Origin: an uncultured Actinomycetes bacterium
GTDB taxonomy: Bacteria > Actinomycetota > UBA4738 > HRBIN12
DNA length: 64,000 nucleotides
Direction: 5' to 3'
Assembly (NCBI GenBank): GCA_963704885.1
Contig: CAVPIB010000019.1
Location: 1 to 64,000, forward strand
Within the stretch, counting starts at the first letter, position 1, and every line of letters starts with the position of its first letter. This document shows positions 18,390 to 27,576 of the stretch, piece by piece. The notes under the pieces were generated by a model. The model did no database searches. It had not been told where the DNA came from and was given only the letters and a program-made list of their open reading frames with translations. The position numbers were made by a program, and so were the translations under genes.

Positions 18390-20801
18390 GTGAAGGATCG
18401 GTATCACGTCGTCGTCATCGGTGGCGGGATCGTGGGTTGCAGCGTCCTGTATCACCTCGCGCTTCGCGGCGTGACGGAACTAGCGTTGATCGAGCGCGAG
18501 GAGCTCACCGCCGGCTCGACCTGGCACGCCGCCGGCGGGTTCCACGCGATGAACAGCGACACCCGGATCGCCGAGCTCCAGAAGTACACGATCGGCCTCT
18601 ACCCTCAGGTCGAGCGGGAGAGCGGTCAGAACATCGGGCTGCATATGAGTGGCGGGATGGAGCTCGCCGGCACGCCGGAGCGGTGGCAGTGGTTGAAGTC
18701 GGAGCTCGACTGGCTCCGCACCCAGGACACAGACGCCTACCTGCTGACGCCCGCCGAGGCGGCCGAGATGGTCCCCCTCATCGATCCGAAGGGTCTCTAC
18801 GGCGGGCTCTTCGACCCGCTCGAAGGGACCCTCGATCCGAACGGTGCCACGCAGGCATATGCCGGGGCCGCGCGCAAGCGGGGTGCCGAGGTGATCCTGC
18901 ACAACCGGGTGCTCTCACTCGCGACGCTTCCCGGCGGTGGCTGGAGGGTCGAGACCGAGCAGGGTGTGATCACCGCCGAACACATCGTGAACGCGGCCGG
19001 ACTGTGGGCGCGCAAGGTCGGCAACATGGTGGGCGTCGACCATCCGCTCGTGCCGATGCTTCACCACTACCTCGTCACCGAGGACGTGCCGCAGGTCGCT
19101 GCGATCGCGGGCGACATGCCAGCGGTCACCGACCTGGAAGGCTTCACGTACCTCCAGCGGGAGGGCAACGGTGTGCTCTTGGGGGTCTACGAGCAGAACC
19201 CGCGCCATTGGAAGGTCGAGGGGGCCGACTGGGAATTCGGCCGGGAGCTCTTCCCCGAAGAGCTGGATCGCATCATGCCCGAGCTCTCGATCGGTTTCGA
19301 ACGCTTCCCCATCCTGCAACAGGTCGGGATCAAGCGGTGGGTGAACGGAGCTTTCACGTTCACTCCCGACGGCAACCCGTTGGTCGGACCTGTGTCGGGC
19401 ATCCCGAACTACTGGGCGGCCTGCGGATGCATGGCCGGCTTCTCCCAGTGCGGAGGGATCGGGCTCGCTTTGGCCAACTGGATCGTCGACGGCGACCCGG
19501 GCTTCGACATGTTCGGGATGGACGTCGCCCGCTTCGGTCCCTATGCCTCGAACGAGCGCTACCTGCGCGAGACGACGGCGCAGTTCTACGCGCGTCGCTT
19601 CGTCATGGCGTTCCCGAACGAGGAGCTCCCAGCGGCGAGGCCGCTCAAGACAACGCCTTGCTACGACACCTTCGTGGCGCAGGGCGCGCGCTTCACCGTG
19701 AACTGGGGCCTCGAGGTCCCGATGTACTTCGCGCCCTCGCCCGACTTCGAGGAGGATTTCACGCTCGGACGATCCAACGCCGAGCTCATCGTCGCCGAAG
19801 AGGTCGAGGCCGTCCGTACCGCCGCCGGCGCTTACGAGATCGCCCAGTACGCGCGCTACGAGGTAACCGGAGCCGAGGCCGAGGCATGGCTCGACCGCCT
19901 CCTCTCATCCCGCATCCCCGCCGTTGGCAGCATCCGGCTCGCCCCGATGCTGAACGAGGCCGGACGGCTGATGGGTGACCTTTCCGTCACAAGGCTCGAC
20001 GAGGATCGCTTCTGGCTGACGGGCTCGTACTACCTGCAGGACTGGCACCAGCGCTGGTTCCATCAGCACCTCCCCGCGGCCGGGGTGGATCTCAGGAACA
20101 TCACGGACGGCTGGATGGGCTTCTCGCTCTCCGGTCCGGAGTCCCGCCGCATCCTCGAACGGCTCACCCTGGAGGACGTGTCGAACGAGGGGTTCGGGTT
20201 CTTGACCTGCCGCCCGATGGACGTCGGAACGGCGAGGGCCGTCGTCGGCCGGATCTCGTTGACCGGTGAGCTGGGTTACGAGATCACGGTCGCGGCCGAA
20301 CAACACCGCACGCTGCTCTATGAGTTGCTCGAGGCGGGCTTCACGAGCGGCCTGAGGCTCATCGGTGACCGGGCGATAGACAGCCTCCGACTGGAGAAGG
20401 GATACGGCATCTGGTCCACGGAGTTCACCCAGGCGTACACGCCGGGCATGTCCGGCCTCGACCGCTTCGTCGCGTACGAGAAGGGTGCCTTCATCGGCCG
20501 TGAGGCGGCGCTACGCGAGCGCGACACGGGCCCCCCGCGGTTGCTCGTGCTCCTGGAGGTCGATGCCGAGGATGCGGACGCATCGGGCGATGAGGGGGTC
20601 TGGCTCGGGAGTCGCAGGGTCGGTCTCGTGACCTCCGGTTCCTACGGCCATCACGTTCGCAAGAGCCTTGCGTTCGCCTACGTCGATCGCGAGATCGCGC
20701 AGGCGAAGCCCGAGCTCACGGTCCACGTCGTCGGTGAGGAGCGAACCGCGCGGATCCTCCCCGAACCTCCATACGATCCGAAGGGCGGCAGGCTTCGCTG
20801 A
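18390..20801 (+). CDS. GcvT-family FAD oxidoreductase (dimethylglycine/sarcosine dehydrogenase-like)
   Basis: IGGGIVG, GSTWHAAG, FTPDGNP, then a folate-binding GcvT domain (SLTGELGYEI, SLRLEKGY). Confidence 0.9.
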   Translation: MKDRYHVVVIGGGIVGCSVLYHLALRGVTELALIEREELTAGSTWHAAGGFHAMNSDTRIAELQKYTIGLYPQVERESGQNIGLHMSGGMELAGTPERWQWLKSELDWLRTQDTDAYLLTPAEAAEMVPLIDPKGLYGGLFDPLEGTLDPNGATQAYAGAARKRGAEVILHNRVLSLATLPGGGWRVETEQGVITAEHIVNAAGLWARKVGNMVGVDHPLVPMLHHYLVTEDVPQVAAIAGDMPAVTDLEGFTYLQREGNGVLLGVYEQNPRHWKVEGADWEFGRELFPEELDRIMPELSIGFERFPILQQVGIKRWVNGAFTFTPDGNPLVGPVSGIPNYWAACGCMAGFSQCGGIGLALANWIVDGDPGFDMFGMDVARFGPYASNERYLRETTAQFYARRFVMAFPNEELPAARPLKTTPCYDTFVAQGARFTVNWGLEVPMYFAPSPDFEEDFTLGRSNAELIVAEEVEAVRTAAGAYEIAQYARYEVTGAEAEAWLDRLLSSRIPAVGSIRLAPMLNEAGRLMGDLSVTRLDEDRFWLTGSYYLQDWHQRWFHQHLPAAGVDLRNITDGWMGFSLSGPESRRILERLTLEDVSNEGFGFLTCRPMDVGTARAVVGRISLTGELGYEITVAAEQHRTLLYELLEAGFTSGLRLIGDRAIDSLRLEKGYGIWSTEFTQAYTPGMSGLDRFVAYEKGAFIGREAALRERDTGPPRLLVLLEVDAEDADASGDEGVWLGSRRVGLVTSGSYGHHVRKSLAFAYVDREIAQAKPELTVHVVGEERTARILPEPPYDPKGGRLR

Positions 20802-20856
20802 ACCAACGCGTTGTCGGGCCTCCCGACGCCGTGGCCCGCGCGACTAGACTCAGGGC

Positions 20857-21351
20857 GTGGGGGAGCCGCAGGTTGGCGTGATCATGGGGTCGCGGTCGGA
20901 CTGGGAGACCATGAGGGTCACGGCCGAGACGCTCGAAGATCTGGGCGTACGCTACGAGACGCGTGTGGTCTCGGCCCATCGCACCCCCGACCTGTTGTTC
21001 GAGTACGCCGCGACGGCCGCCGAGCGTGGGCTCAAGGTGATCGTGGCGGGGGCCGGTGGCGCCGCGCACCTACCCGGTATGACGGCGGCCAAGACGCATC
21101 TCCCGGTGCTCGGTGTTCCCATCGAGTCGAAAGCTCTGAAGGGCATGGACTCGCTGCTCTCGATGGTGCAGATGCCGGCGGGTGTGCCCGTGGGAACGCT
21201 CGCGATCGGCAAGGCCGGCGCCGTCAACGCCGGGCTGATGGCGGCGGCGATAGTCGCGCTCGAGGACGAGGGCATCCGCGAACGTCTCCGCCACTTCAGG
21301 GCAACGCAGACCGAGATCGTGCTCTCGCACCCCGACCCCGACCAGGGTTAG
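20857..21351 (+). CDS. purE: N5-CAIR mutase
   Basis: [31 protein letters not shown]. Confidence 0.96.
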   Translation: MGEPQVGVIMGSRSDWETMRVTAETLEDLGVRYETRVVSAHRTPDLLFEYAATAAERGLKVIVAGAGGAAHLPGMTAAKTHLPVLGVPIESKALKGMDSLLSMVQMPAGVPVGTLAIGKAGAVNAGLMAAAIVALEDEGIRERLRHFRATQTEIVLSHPDPDQG

Positions 21352-21357
21352 CCGCTC

Positions 21358-22449
21358 GTGCACGTCGGGATCGTGGGCGGTGGCCAGCTCGGTCGCATGC
21401 TCTCGCTGGCGGGCTCCTCGCTCGGGATCGAGTGCACCACGCTAGACCCCGCTAGCGATTCGTCCGCGTCCCAGGTCGGTGCGTCGATCGTCGGCGGATT
21501 CGATGACCGACAGGCGCTGGCGCGGCTGGCAGATGGGGCCGACGTTGTCACCTACGAGTTCGAGAACGTCCCGGTCGCGTCTGCGCGATCCCTGGCGGAG
21601 CTCGTTCCCGTCCTACCGCCGCCGGAGGCCCTGGAGGTGGCGCAGGACAGGCTGGCGGAGAAGGCGCTCTTCAACAAGATCGGACTACTCACGGCCGAAC
21701 ATCGAGCGGCCGAGACCCTCGAAGAGATCCATTCAGCGCTGGAGACGATCGGCACGCCGGCTCTGTTGAAGACCCGGCGGCTGGGGTACGACGGCAAGGG
21801 ACAGGCGGTGATCCAGGATCCGCTGTTGGCGGAGGACGCTTGGCGCTCGATCGGAGAGATGCCCGCGATAGTCGAGCGGCTTGTGGAGTTCGAACGCGAG
21901 CTATCGATCATCGCCGTCCGCGGCCGTGACGGCTCCATCGGCTGCTATCCGCTGGTGGAGAACCACCATCGGGACGGGATCCTCCGAGTGTCGATCGCGC
22001 CTGCACCCGACGTCAGCGCGGAACTCCAGACTGAAGCGGAGACCTACATCCGCGCTGTGATGGATCGGCTCGCCTACGTGGGCGTCATGGCGATGGAGCT
22101 CTTCCAGGTCGGCGAGTCGCTCCTCGGGAACGAGATAGCCCCTCGCGTGCACAACTCAGGCCACTGGACGATCGAGGGGGCGGAGACCAGTCAGTTCGAG
22201 AACCACCTCCGAGCCGTGTGCGGGATGCCCCTCGGATCCTGCTCGCCGCGCGGAGGCAGCGTGATGGTCAACTTGATCGGCTCGCTTCCCGATGCGGCAA
22301 AGGTCATGCGGGTTCCGGGTTCGCACCTGCACCTGTACGGGAAGGAGCCGCGGCCGGGCCGCAAGGTCGGTCATGTGACGCTCACGTCGGTGCTGGGCGA
22401 CACCCCGGACCTTGGGGCTCTCGTGGCCGCGGGCGTGGAAGTTCCCTAG
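21358..22449 (+). CDS. purK: N5-CAIR synthase
   Basis: GGGQLGRM, GYDGKGQ, NEIAPRVHNSGH, YGKEPRPGRKVGH. Confidence 0.95.
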   Translation: MHVGIVGGGQLGRMLSLAGSSLGIECTTLDPASDSSASQVGASIVGGFDDRQALARLADGADVVTYEFENVPVASARSLAELVPVLPPPEALEVAQDRLAEKALFNKIGLLTAEHRAAETLEEIHSALETIGTPALLKTRRLGYDGKGQAVIQDPLLAEDAWRSIGEMPAIVERLVEFERELSIIAVRGRDGSIGCYPLVENHHRDGILRVSIAPAPDVSAELQTEAETYIRAVMDRLAYVGVMAMELFQVGESLLGNEIAPRVHNSGHWTIEGAETSQFENHLRAVCGMPLGSCSPRGGSVMVNLIGSLPDAAKVMRVPGSHLHLYGKEPRPGRKVGHVTLTSVLGDTPDLGALVAAGVEVP

Positions 22450-22487
22450 AGCCGGGTATCAAGGTCGGGCGCTTCGGTGACGACCAT

Positions 22488-22766
22488 ATGGGGGACATGG
22501 CGTACCTCACTTGTCCCGACTGCCGGATGCCCAACCCCGTTGGTGACGATGCAGTGAAGTACGCCTGTTTCACTTGCTTCGCGGAGATCATCTTCGAGGC
22601 GTGCCCCGCATGCACCTTCATGCAGGCCATCCCGACCCGGTGGCAGCGTGCCTTCACCTGTGGCGCCTGCGGAGGAAGGGTCGAGATCCCGCGTGAGCGC
22701 TTCTTCGCGACATCGACCAGGGCGAAGCAGGTCGAGGGCTTCGGCTACACCTTCCCTCGGACTTAG
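22488..22766 (+). CDS. small double zinc-ribbon protein
   Basis: Four CxxC motifs (CPDC, CFTC, CPAC, CGAC) in about 90 aa. Start is 22488 or 22497. Confidence 0.7.
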   Translation: MGDMAYLTCPDCRMPNPVGDDAVKYACFTCFAEIIFEACPACTFMQAIPTRWQRAFTCGACGGRVEIPRERFFATSTRAKQVEGFGYTFPRT

Positions 22767-22779
22767 CCCGAGCCCGGGA

Positions 22780-23289
22780 TCAAGTCCACAGCTTGTTCGG
22801 CGTGCGGACCGCGGCCGAAGCGTACGTTCCGGTGCAGGTCACCAGGCTCTGGCCGTACCAAGTCCCCACCAGCGTGGGGGGCGCCCCGTTGGCCACGTCG
22901 CGGATCCCGTAGCACACGCCGGAGAGCGACATCCGGGCAGCCGACCACGTGAGCGCAGTAGGGGCCGACCACACGCTCACGCGAGGGTTGGCGGCGGTGG
23001 AGGCGGCGGTCGTGTAGACGAGCGCCGGCTCAAGTTGGGGCAGGGCGGTAGGACACGCGACCGTGGCCGCCGCGCGGGCGCAAGCGTAGGTCGCGCTGGT
23101 GGTGTAGCTAGCTTTGGCCGCGACGAGTGCGGCGCGTAGGTTGGCCTGTGCAGCCCGGTTGTGTGACCGGTTCCTAGATCCCAGATACGTAGGTAGCGCG
23201 ATGGCTACTAACAGGCCTATCACGAGCACCACGATCATGGTCTCGACGAGCGTCCATCCGTCATCGCAGTGCTTCCGGATGATCCTCAC
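22780..23289 (-). CDS. type IV pilin-like protein
   Basis: Short leader ending DDG, then WTLVETMIVVLVIGLLVAIALP (E5, hydrophobic helix, Pro), AAQANLR and four Cys in the head domain. Confidence 0.85.
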   Translation of the reverse strand: MRIIRKHCDDGWTLVETMIVVLVIGLLVAIALPTYLGSRNRSHNRAAQANLRAALVAAKASYTTSATYACARAAATVACPTALPQLEPALVYTTAASTAANPRVSVWSAPTALTWSAARMSLSGVCYGIRDVANGAPPTLVGTWYGQSLVTCTGTYASAAVRTPNKLWT

Positions 23290-23336
23290 GAGCGGTTAAC
23301 CCCCCAAGCGATCAGAGATGTGTGTTCCCTGATGCT

Positions 23337-23363
23337 GTCGGAAGCAACCGGGATCCACTTGAG
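23337..23363 (-). promoter_or_regulatory. candidate FliA/WhiG (sigma28)-type promoter for the pilin
   Basis: Minus strand reads CTCA-N17-TCCGAC about 50 nt upstream of the start, resembling CTCA-N15-17-GCCGA actinobacterial FliA-type promoters. Confidence 0.4.
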
Positions 23364-23457
23364 TGGTAGCCCTTGGGTTGACCTCTGTGGGACATGGGTG
23401 TTTCCTTCGCCGAGGGGTTCGAACAGGCGATAGGACCGCGAGGGGGGAGGGGTTCAG

Positions 23458-25290
23458 GTGCGTCGATCCACGCTCATGCTGATCTCGTTGGCGTCATCCG
23501 TAGCTTTGCTCTCGACCACGCCGAGCGCGGGCTCGCCGGCCGGGTCTGGCTGGGATCGGTTGCCGAAGAAGGGCGGATCCTCTGCGGCCCCGCTCAAGGC
23601 GACAGTGGCGGCTCGACCTTTGGCCCGGGCCGGGACGCCGTCGCAGCCTGTTCTGGACAACTTCCAACTCGTGGGGCACACGGATCTCGGGGCAACCGAT
23701 ACGAACGGGGACGTGTGGGTGCACGGCGACTATGCCTACGTCGGAACGTGGGGCGATCCGTGCAACGGCCTTGGCGTGAAGATCATCGACGTCTCGGATC
23801 TGTCCGCCCCGGTGATGATCGGCCGCCTGGGCGCCCGCCACGGAACGAGCGCCGAGGACATGGTCGTGCGCAGCGTCTCGACAGCGTCCTTCACGGGCGA
23901 CCTACTCGCCGTGGGGCTGCAGCGCTGTGGGGGTGGCGCTGCGCTGGACGACGCCAAGTTCGGGACTCAGTTCTGGGACGTCACCGATCCAACCGATCCC
24001 GTGAAGCTCGGATTCCACGGCGGCAATACGGGTGGTGGTGGGACCCACGAGCTGGATCTCTTCCAGCGCGGAACCCACGTGTACGCGCTGGAGGCCACGC
24101 CGTTCAGCGAGTACTTCGACCCGGATCATGGCGGCGACTTCCGGATCGTGGACGCCACCGATCCTCGCGACCCTGTCCAGGTTGGGGAGTGGGGGGCGAT
24201 CGCGAACGGAGAGACTGCGAGCCCGTACGACGGGTTGGGTAGCTGGGGATCGATGTTCGATCACGGCGCTCGAGCGAGCTCGGACGGAACGAAGGCTTAC
24301 GTCTCGTACTGGGACGCGGGGGTGCTCGTTTTCGACATCAGCGACCCCACGGATCCGGTCTTGGTGGGTCGCACCCAGTACCCGGCAGGCTCAGACGGCG
24401 AGGCCCACTCCGTGGCCGAGTACGCCGGCAGCCGCGACTTCTTGCTGCAGAACGACGAGGACACCGACCCCCGGTCGCCTCTTTCGATCCTCTACGGCGC
24501 AGGGAGCGAGGGGATCGCCAGCGAATCCCCTGGAGCCCGTGCCCTTTGGAGGTCACCAGAGCATCAGATCACGGCACCTGTCGTTCGGGCTCGTAAGCAA
24601 GGCTGCGAGCCCGGTAACTATCCGGCTGCCGCGAGCGGCGCCATCGTGGTTGTGAAGACCGTGCTAACCCTGTTCGATCCGGCGCCGGAGTCGCGGCGCC
24701 AGTGTCGCCAGGCCAAGCAGGAGGAAGCGGCCGTCAAGTCGGGCGCCGTCGCGGTGGTGCACGACTGGGTATCCGACTACACAAGCCCACAATGGTGGAC
24801 CGTCTCGTTCGGACTCCGGATCCCCGCCGTGTTCACCGACCACGACACAGCCCTAGGGATGGTGGAAGCGGGCGAGGCGACGCTTCAGGCAGGACGGCCG
24901 TCCCAGGGGTTCCTTCGCGTCTTCGACGCTGCGACCGGACAGCAAGTGGCGGTCTTCGACGATCTGCCGAACGTCCATCGGCTCGCGCCCCCTCCGGGCG
25001 TGTGGACCATCCACAACAACGAGGTCGCTGGCGATCGCAGTTACATCGCGTGGTATTCGAACGGGATCGTGGCTATCGACCTGTCGCCGTTGAACGGGGC
25101 GGTGCCGGCTGACCCCGTGATGGTCGGCCAATTCATCCCGACGGGCCTGCCGTCGCAGACTTCCTCGTTCCCCGGCGGGGTTCCGGCTGTTTGGGGGGTG
25201 TACTACCGAGAGTCGGATGGCTTGATCTTCGCGAGCGACCTTTCATCGGGGCTCTGGATCGTCCGGCCGACGGGGCCGGCCGTTCCTTAG
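23458..25290 (+). CDS. secreted LVIVD-repeat beta-propeller protein with an inserted PA-like domain
   Basis: Signal peptide. Repeats VKIIDVSD, FWDVTDP, FRIVDATDP, VLVFDISDP, IVAIDLS. PA-like segment GC...GAIVVV...K...A...GAVAVV. Confidence 0.78.
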   Translation: MRRSTLMLISLASSVALLSTTPSAGSPAGSGWDRLPKKGGSSAAPLKATVAARPLARAGTPSQPVLDNFQLVGHTDLGATDTNGDVWVHGDYAYVGTWGDPCNGLGVKIIDVSDLSAPVMIGRLGARHGTSAEDMVVRSVSTASFTGDLLAVGLQRCGGGAALDDAKFGTQFWDVTDPTDPVKLGFHGGNTGGGGTHELDLFQRGTHVYALEATPFSEYFDPDHGGDFRIVDATDPRDPVQVGEWGAIANGETASPYDGLGSWGSMFDHGARASSDGTKAYVSYWDAGVLVFDISDPTDPVLVGRTQYPAGSDGEAHSVAEYAGSRDFLLQNDEDTDPRSPLSILYGAGSEGIASESPGARALWRSPEHQITAPVVRARKQGCEPGNYPAAASGAIVVVKTVLTLFDPAPESRRQCRQAKQEEAAVKSGAVAVVHDWVSDYTSPQWWTVSFGLRIPAVFTDHDTALGMVEAGEATLQAGRPSQGFLRVFDAATGQQVAVFDDLPNVHRLAPPPGVWTIHNNEVAGDRSYIAWYSNGIVAIDLSPLNGAVPADPVMVGQFIPTGLPSQTSSFPGGVPAVWGVYYRESDGLIFASDLSSGLWIVRPTGPAVP

Positions 25291-25303
25291 CGTCCCTGCT
25301 CGG

Positions 25304-25780
25304 ATGGGGTCACGGCGTTACGGGCGGGCGACCGTGGCGGCTCTGCTCGGAGCCGCCTCGGTCCTCGCCCTGGTCTCGTCGGCCAACGCCCATGTCGTGA
25401 CCGCGTCGATCTTCGCCCGGGAGGCCACCTGCCGACCCACATGCTCGGATGCCGCATCGATCAGGTTCCGAACGAGCGTGCGGTTGGACGCCTGTGTTCC
25501 TGCCGCCGGAGGCGGTCGGAACTGCGACGTACGGATACGGGCGATCGTGTGGGCGCAGGTCCAACTCGACGGGGTCTGGACCACGATCGGCGGGCCGAGG
25601 TCGATGTTACGGAGGCTGGAGGCCGGGAAGCGGATGAACGTAGCCATCGGCGTCGACTGTCGGCCTGGGCAAGGGTCGAGGTACCGGACCATGTCGGTAG
25701 CGCGCGTAAGCGGAGGTCACACCTTCTACACGAACACGCCGAACCCCGACTACTCCCGGCCGGTGTCGGTCACCTGTTGA
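25304..25780 (+). CDS. small secreted Cys-containing hypothetical protein
   Basis: Signal peptide ending ANA, six Cys. Directly follows the LVIVD gene. Confidence 0.6.
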   Translation: MGSRRYGRATVAALLGAASVLALVSSANAHVVTASIFAREATCRPTCSDAASIRFRTSVRLDACVPAAGGGRNCDVRIRAIVWAQVQLDGVWTTIGGPRSMLRRLEAGKRMNVAIGVDCRPGQGSRYRTMSVARVSGGHTFYTNTPNPDYSRPVSVTC

Positions 25781-25829
25781 AGGATCCGACAGCTCGAAAC
25801 GAGCACATCGAGAACGCACGCAGAGAACG

Positions 25830-25902
25830 CGCGCCGGGGAGGATTCGAACCTCCGACCCGCGGATTAGAAGTCCGCCGCTCTGTCCCCTGAGCTACCGGC
25901 GC
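25830..25902 (-). tRNA. tRNA-Arg(UCU), copy 1
   Basis: GCGCCGG/CCGGCGC acceptor stem, GCGGA-CTTCTAA-TCCGC anticodon arm. Confidence 0.95.
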
Positions 25903-25948
25903 GAAGGACAAGAGCCTAGCCGGTGTGCTCTGGCTCGCGCCTCATCAG

Positions 25949-26021
25949 CGCGCCGGGGAGGATTCGAACCTCCGACCCGCGGATTAGAAGTCCGCCGCTC
26001 TGTCCCCTGAGCTACCGGCGC
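25949..26021 (-). tRNA. tRNA-Arg(UCU), copy 2 (identical)
   Basis: Sequence identical to 25830-25902, offset by 119 nt. Confidence 0.93.
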
Positions 26022-26225
26022 TCTTATGCATCTCCGCTGGTAGACGGCTTTCATTCCGATGTCGTCAACCTCCGCGGCCCGTTCATGCTACCTGCGTGCT
26101 ACCCCGCACCTGTAGATGAGTGCCCGACTTCACCGGTCCTGCTATCCCGTTTGAGCTGACAGCGGTGTGACAACGACTTCCGTTGGAGATCGACACTCGT
26201 TTCGGGTCTTGCGGATCCAGCGCAG

Positions 26226-27347
26226 CTAGGAGCCCAGGAACCGCCGGGCAAACCCGGCGGGATCCAACGTTTCGTTGTTCGTGACGATGACGAGCACGTC
26301 GCCGGTCTCAGGATCCACTGCCATGATCGAGTGGTAGCCGATGATGGATCCGCCGTGGCCAAGCCAGGTTGTCGCCCCACCTATGTCCAGGGTCTCGATC
26401 CCAAGCCCGTAGTCACCGCGTTGTGGCGCGATCATCTCGTCGAGGCTCTCTGGCGAGACCAACTCGCCACCGAGCAACGCTCCGAGGAACATGCTCAGGT
26501 CGGTCGGTGTGGAGACGAGGGCACCGGCTGCGAATCCGCTGGAGACGGTCGACTCATACTGCATGCCTGCGATGCCCGAATCGGCGACGATCGACTCGAA
26601 TATCGTGCCCGCGATCCCCGGTTCGGCTGGATCCCCGATGTACGGGGCAGCGAGGGCGGGCGGTGTCGCCACACCGTGGCCGGCGAACACCGTGTGGTCG
26701 AGTCCCAGCGGACCTGAGATCTCAGTTTGGAGAACGGTATCGAGATCCGTGCCGTGGGTCTGTTCGATGAGCATGCCCAGAAGCAGATAGTTGGTGTTGG
26801 AGTAGCTGAACGGTTCGTTGACACCCCCGCTACTCGCGTCGCTGCTTGCGTCGACGTACAGGAGGATCTCGGCAGGGGTCCACGACCGCGTCCGGTCGGC
26901 GAGTACGTCGGGCACGAAGCTTTCGTGATCGGTGTAGTTCGGGAGGCCGCTGCGATGGCTGAGCAGCGAGCGGATCGTCGCGTTGGCCCCCACCTTGATG
27001 TCTGGCAGGTAGGCGGACAGTGGCTGATCGAGATCGATGCGGCCCTCATCTGCCAGCCTCATCACCAGGGTCGCTGTGAACACCTTCGAGATGCTGCCCA
27101 CATAGAACGCGGTGTCGACGGTGATCGGGTCTTCATCCGAGTTGGCGACGCCGATGGTCACCGCTTCCACGACCCCGTCTCGTTCGAGGACCGCGCTCAC
27201 CCCGCCAGCGCGACCCCCCAAGTACTGGATCAGCCCGGTCCTGAGTGCGGGGTCGGCCGGGAGCGCCACCGGAGTCGTCGTGGCGACTGGCTGTCCGACA
27301 GTCAGGTCAGGCTGCGCCTCCTGTACACAGGCTGAAAGCACGAGCAA
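26226..27347 (-). CDS. serine hydrolase (beta-lactamase / D-Ala-D-Ala peptidase family), probable lipoprotein
   Basis: LSAC lipobox, GSISK, LLSHRSG, YSNTNY, HGG. True start uncertain. Confidence 0.85.
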   Translation of the reverse strand: MLVLSACVQEAQPDLTVGQPVATTTPVALPADPALRTGLIQYLGGRAGGVSAVLERDGVVEAVTIGVANSDEDPITVDTAFYVGSISKVFTATLVMRLADEGRIDLDQPLSAYLPDIKVGANATIRSLLSHRSGLPNYTDHESFVPDVLADRTRSWTPAEILLYVDASSDASSGGVNEPFSYSNTNYLLLGMLIEQTHGTDLDTVLQTEISGPLGLDHTVFAGHGVATPPALAAPYIGDPAEPGIAGTIFESIVADSGIAGMQYESTVSSGFAAGALVSTPTDLSMFLGALLGGELVSPESLDEMIAPQRGDYGLGIETLDIGGATTWLGHGGSIIGYHSIMAVDPETGDVLVIVTNNETLDPAGFARRFLGS

Positions 27348-27576
27348 TGCGGCGACGATGAGTTCGGGACGATGGCTGATTCCTGCTTCTCCCCTCGAAC
27401 GAACGACTGTATCCTGCTCCAGGCCTCCACAGCCCCGGGGTTGGCTCCTTTCGCGCGCGGTGCGTCAGAGTGCAGGGCTCATGTCAACCCCGTTCATCAT
27501 CCTCTGCCGAGGATGGGGTGTGGGCAGTCGGAGGGATCCGGACATCCAGATAAGTAACGCAACGAAGGGACAGTTG

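Noticed and set aside
25829-26021. Repeat-spacer-repeat pattern as a possible mini CRISPR array
   Set aside because: The repeats are 74 nt and fold as complete tRNAs. No cas genes are present.
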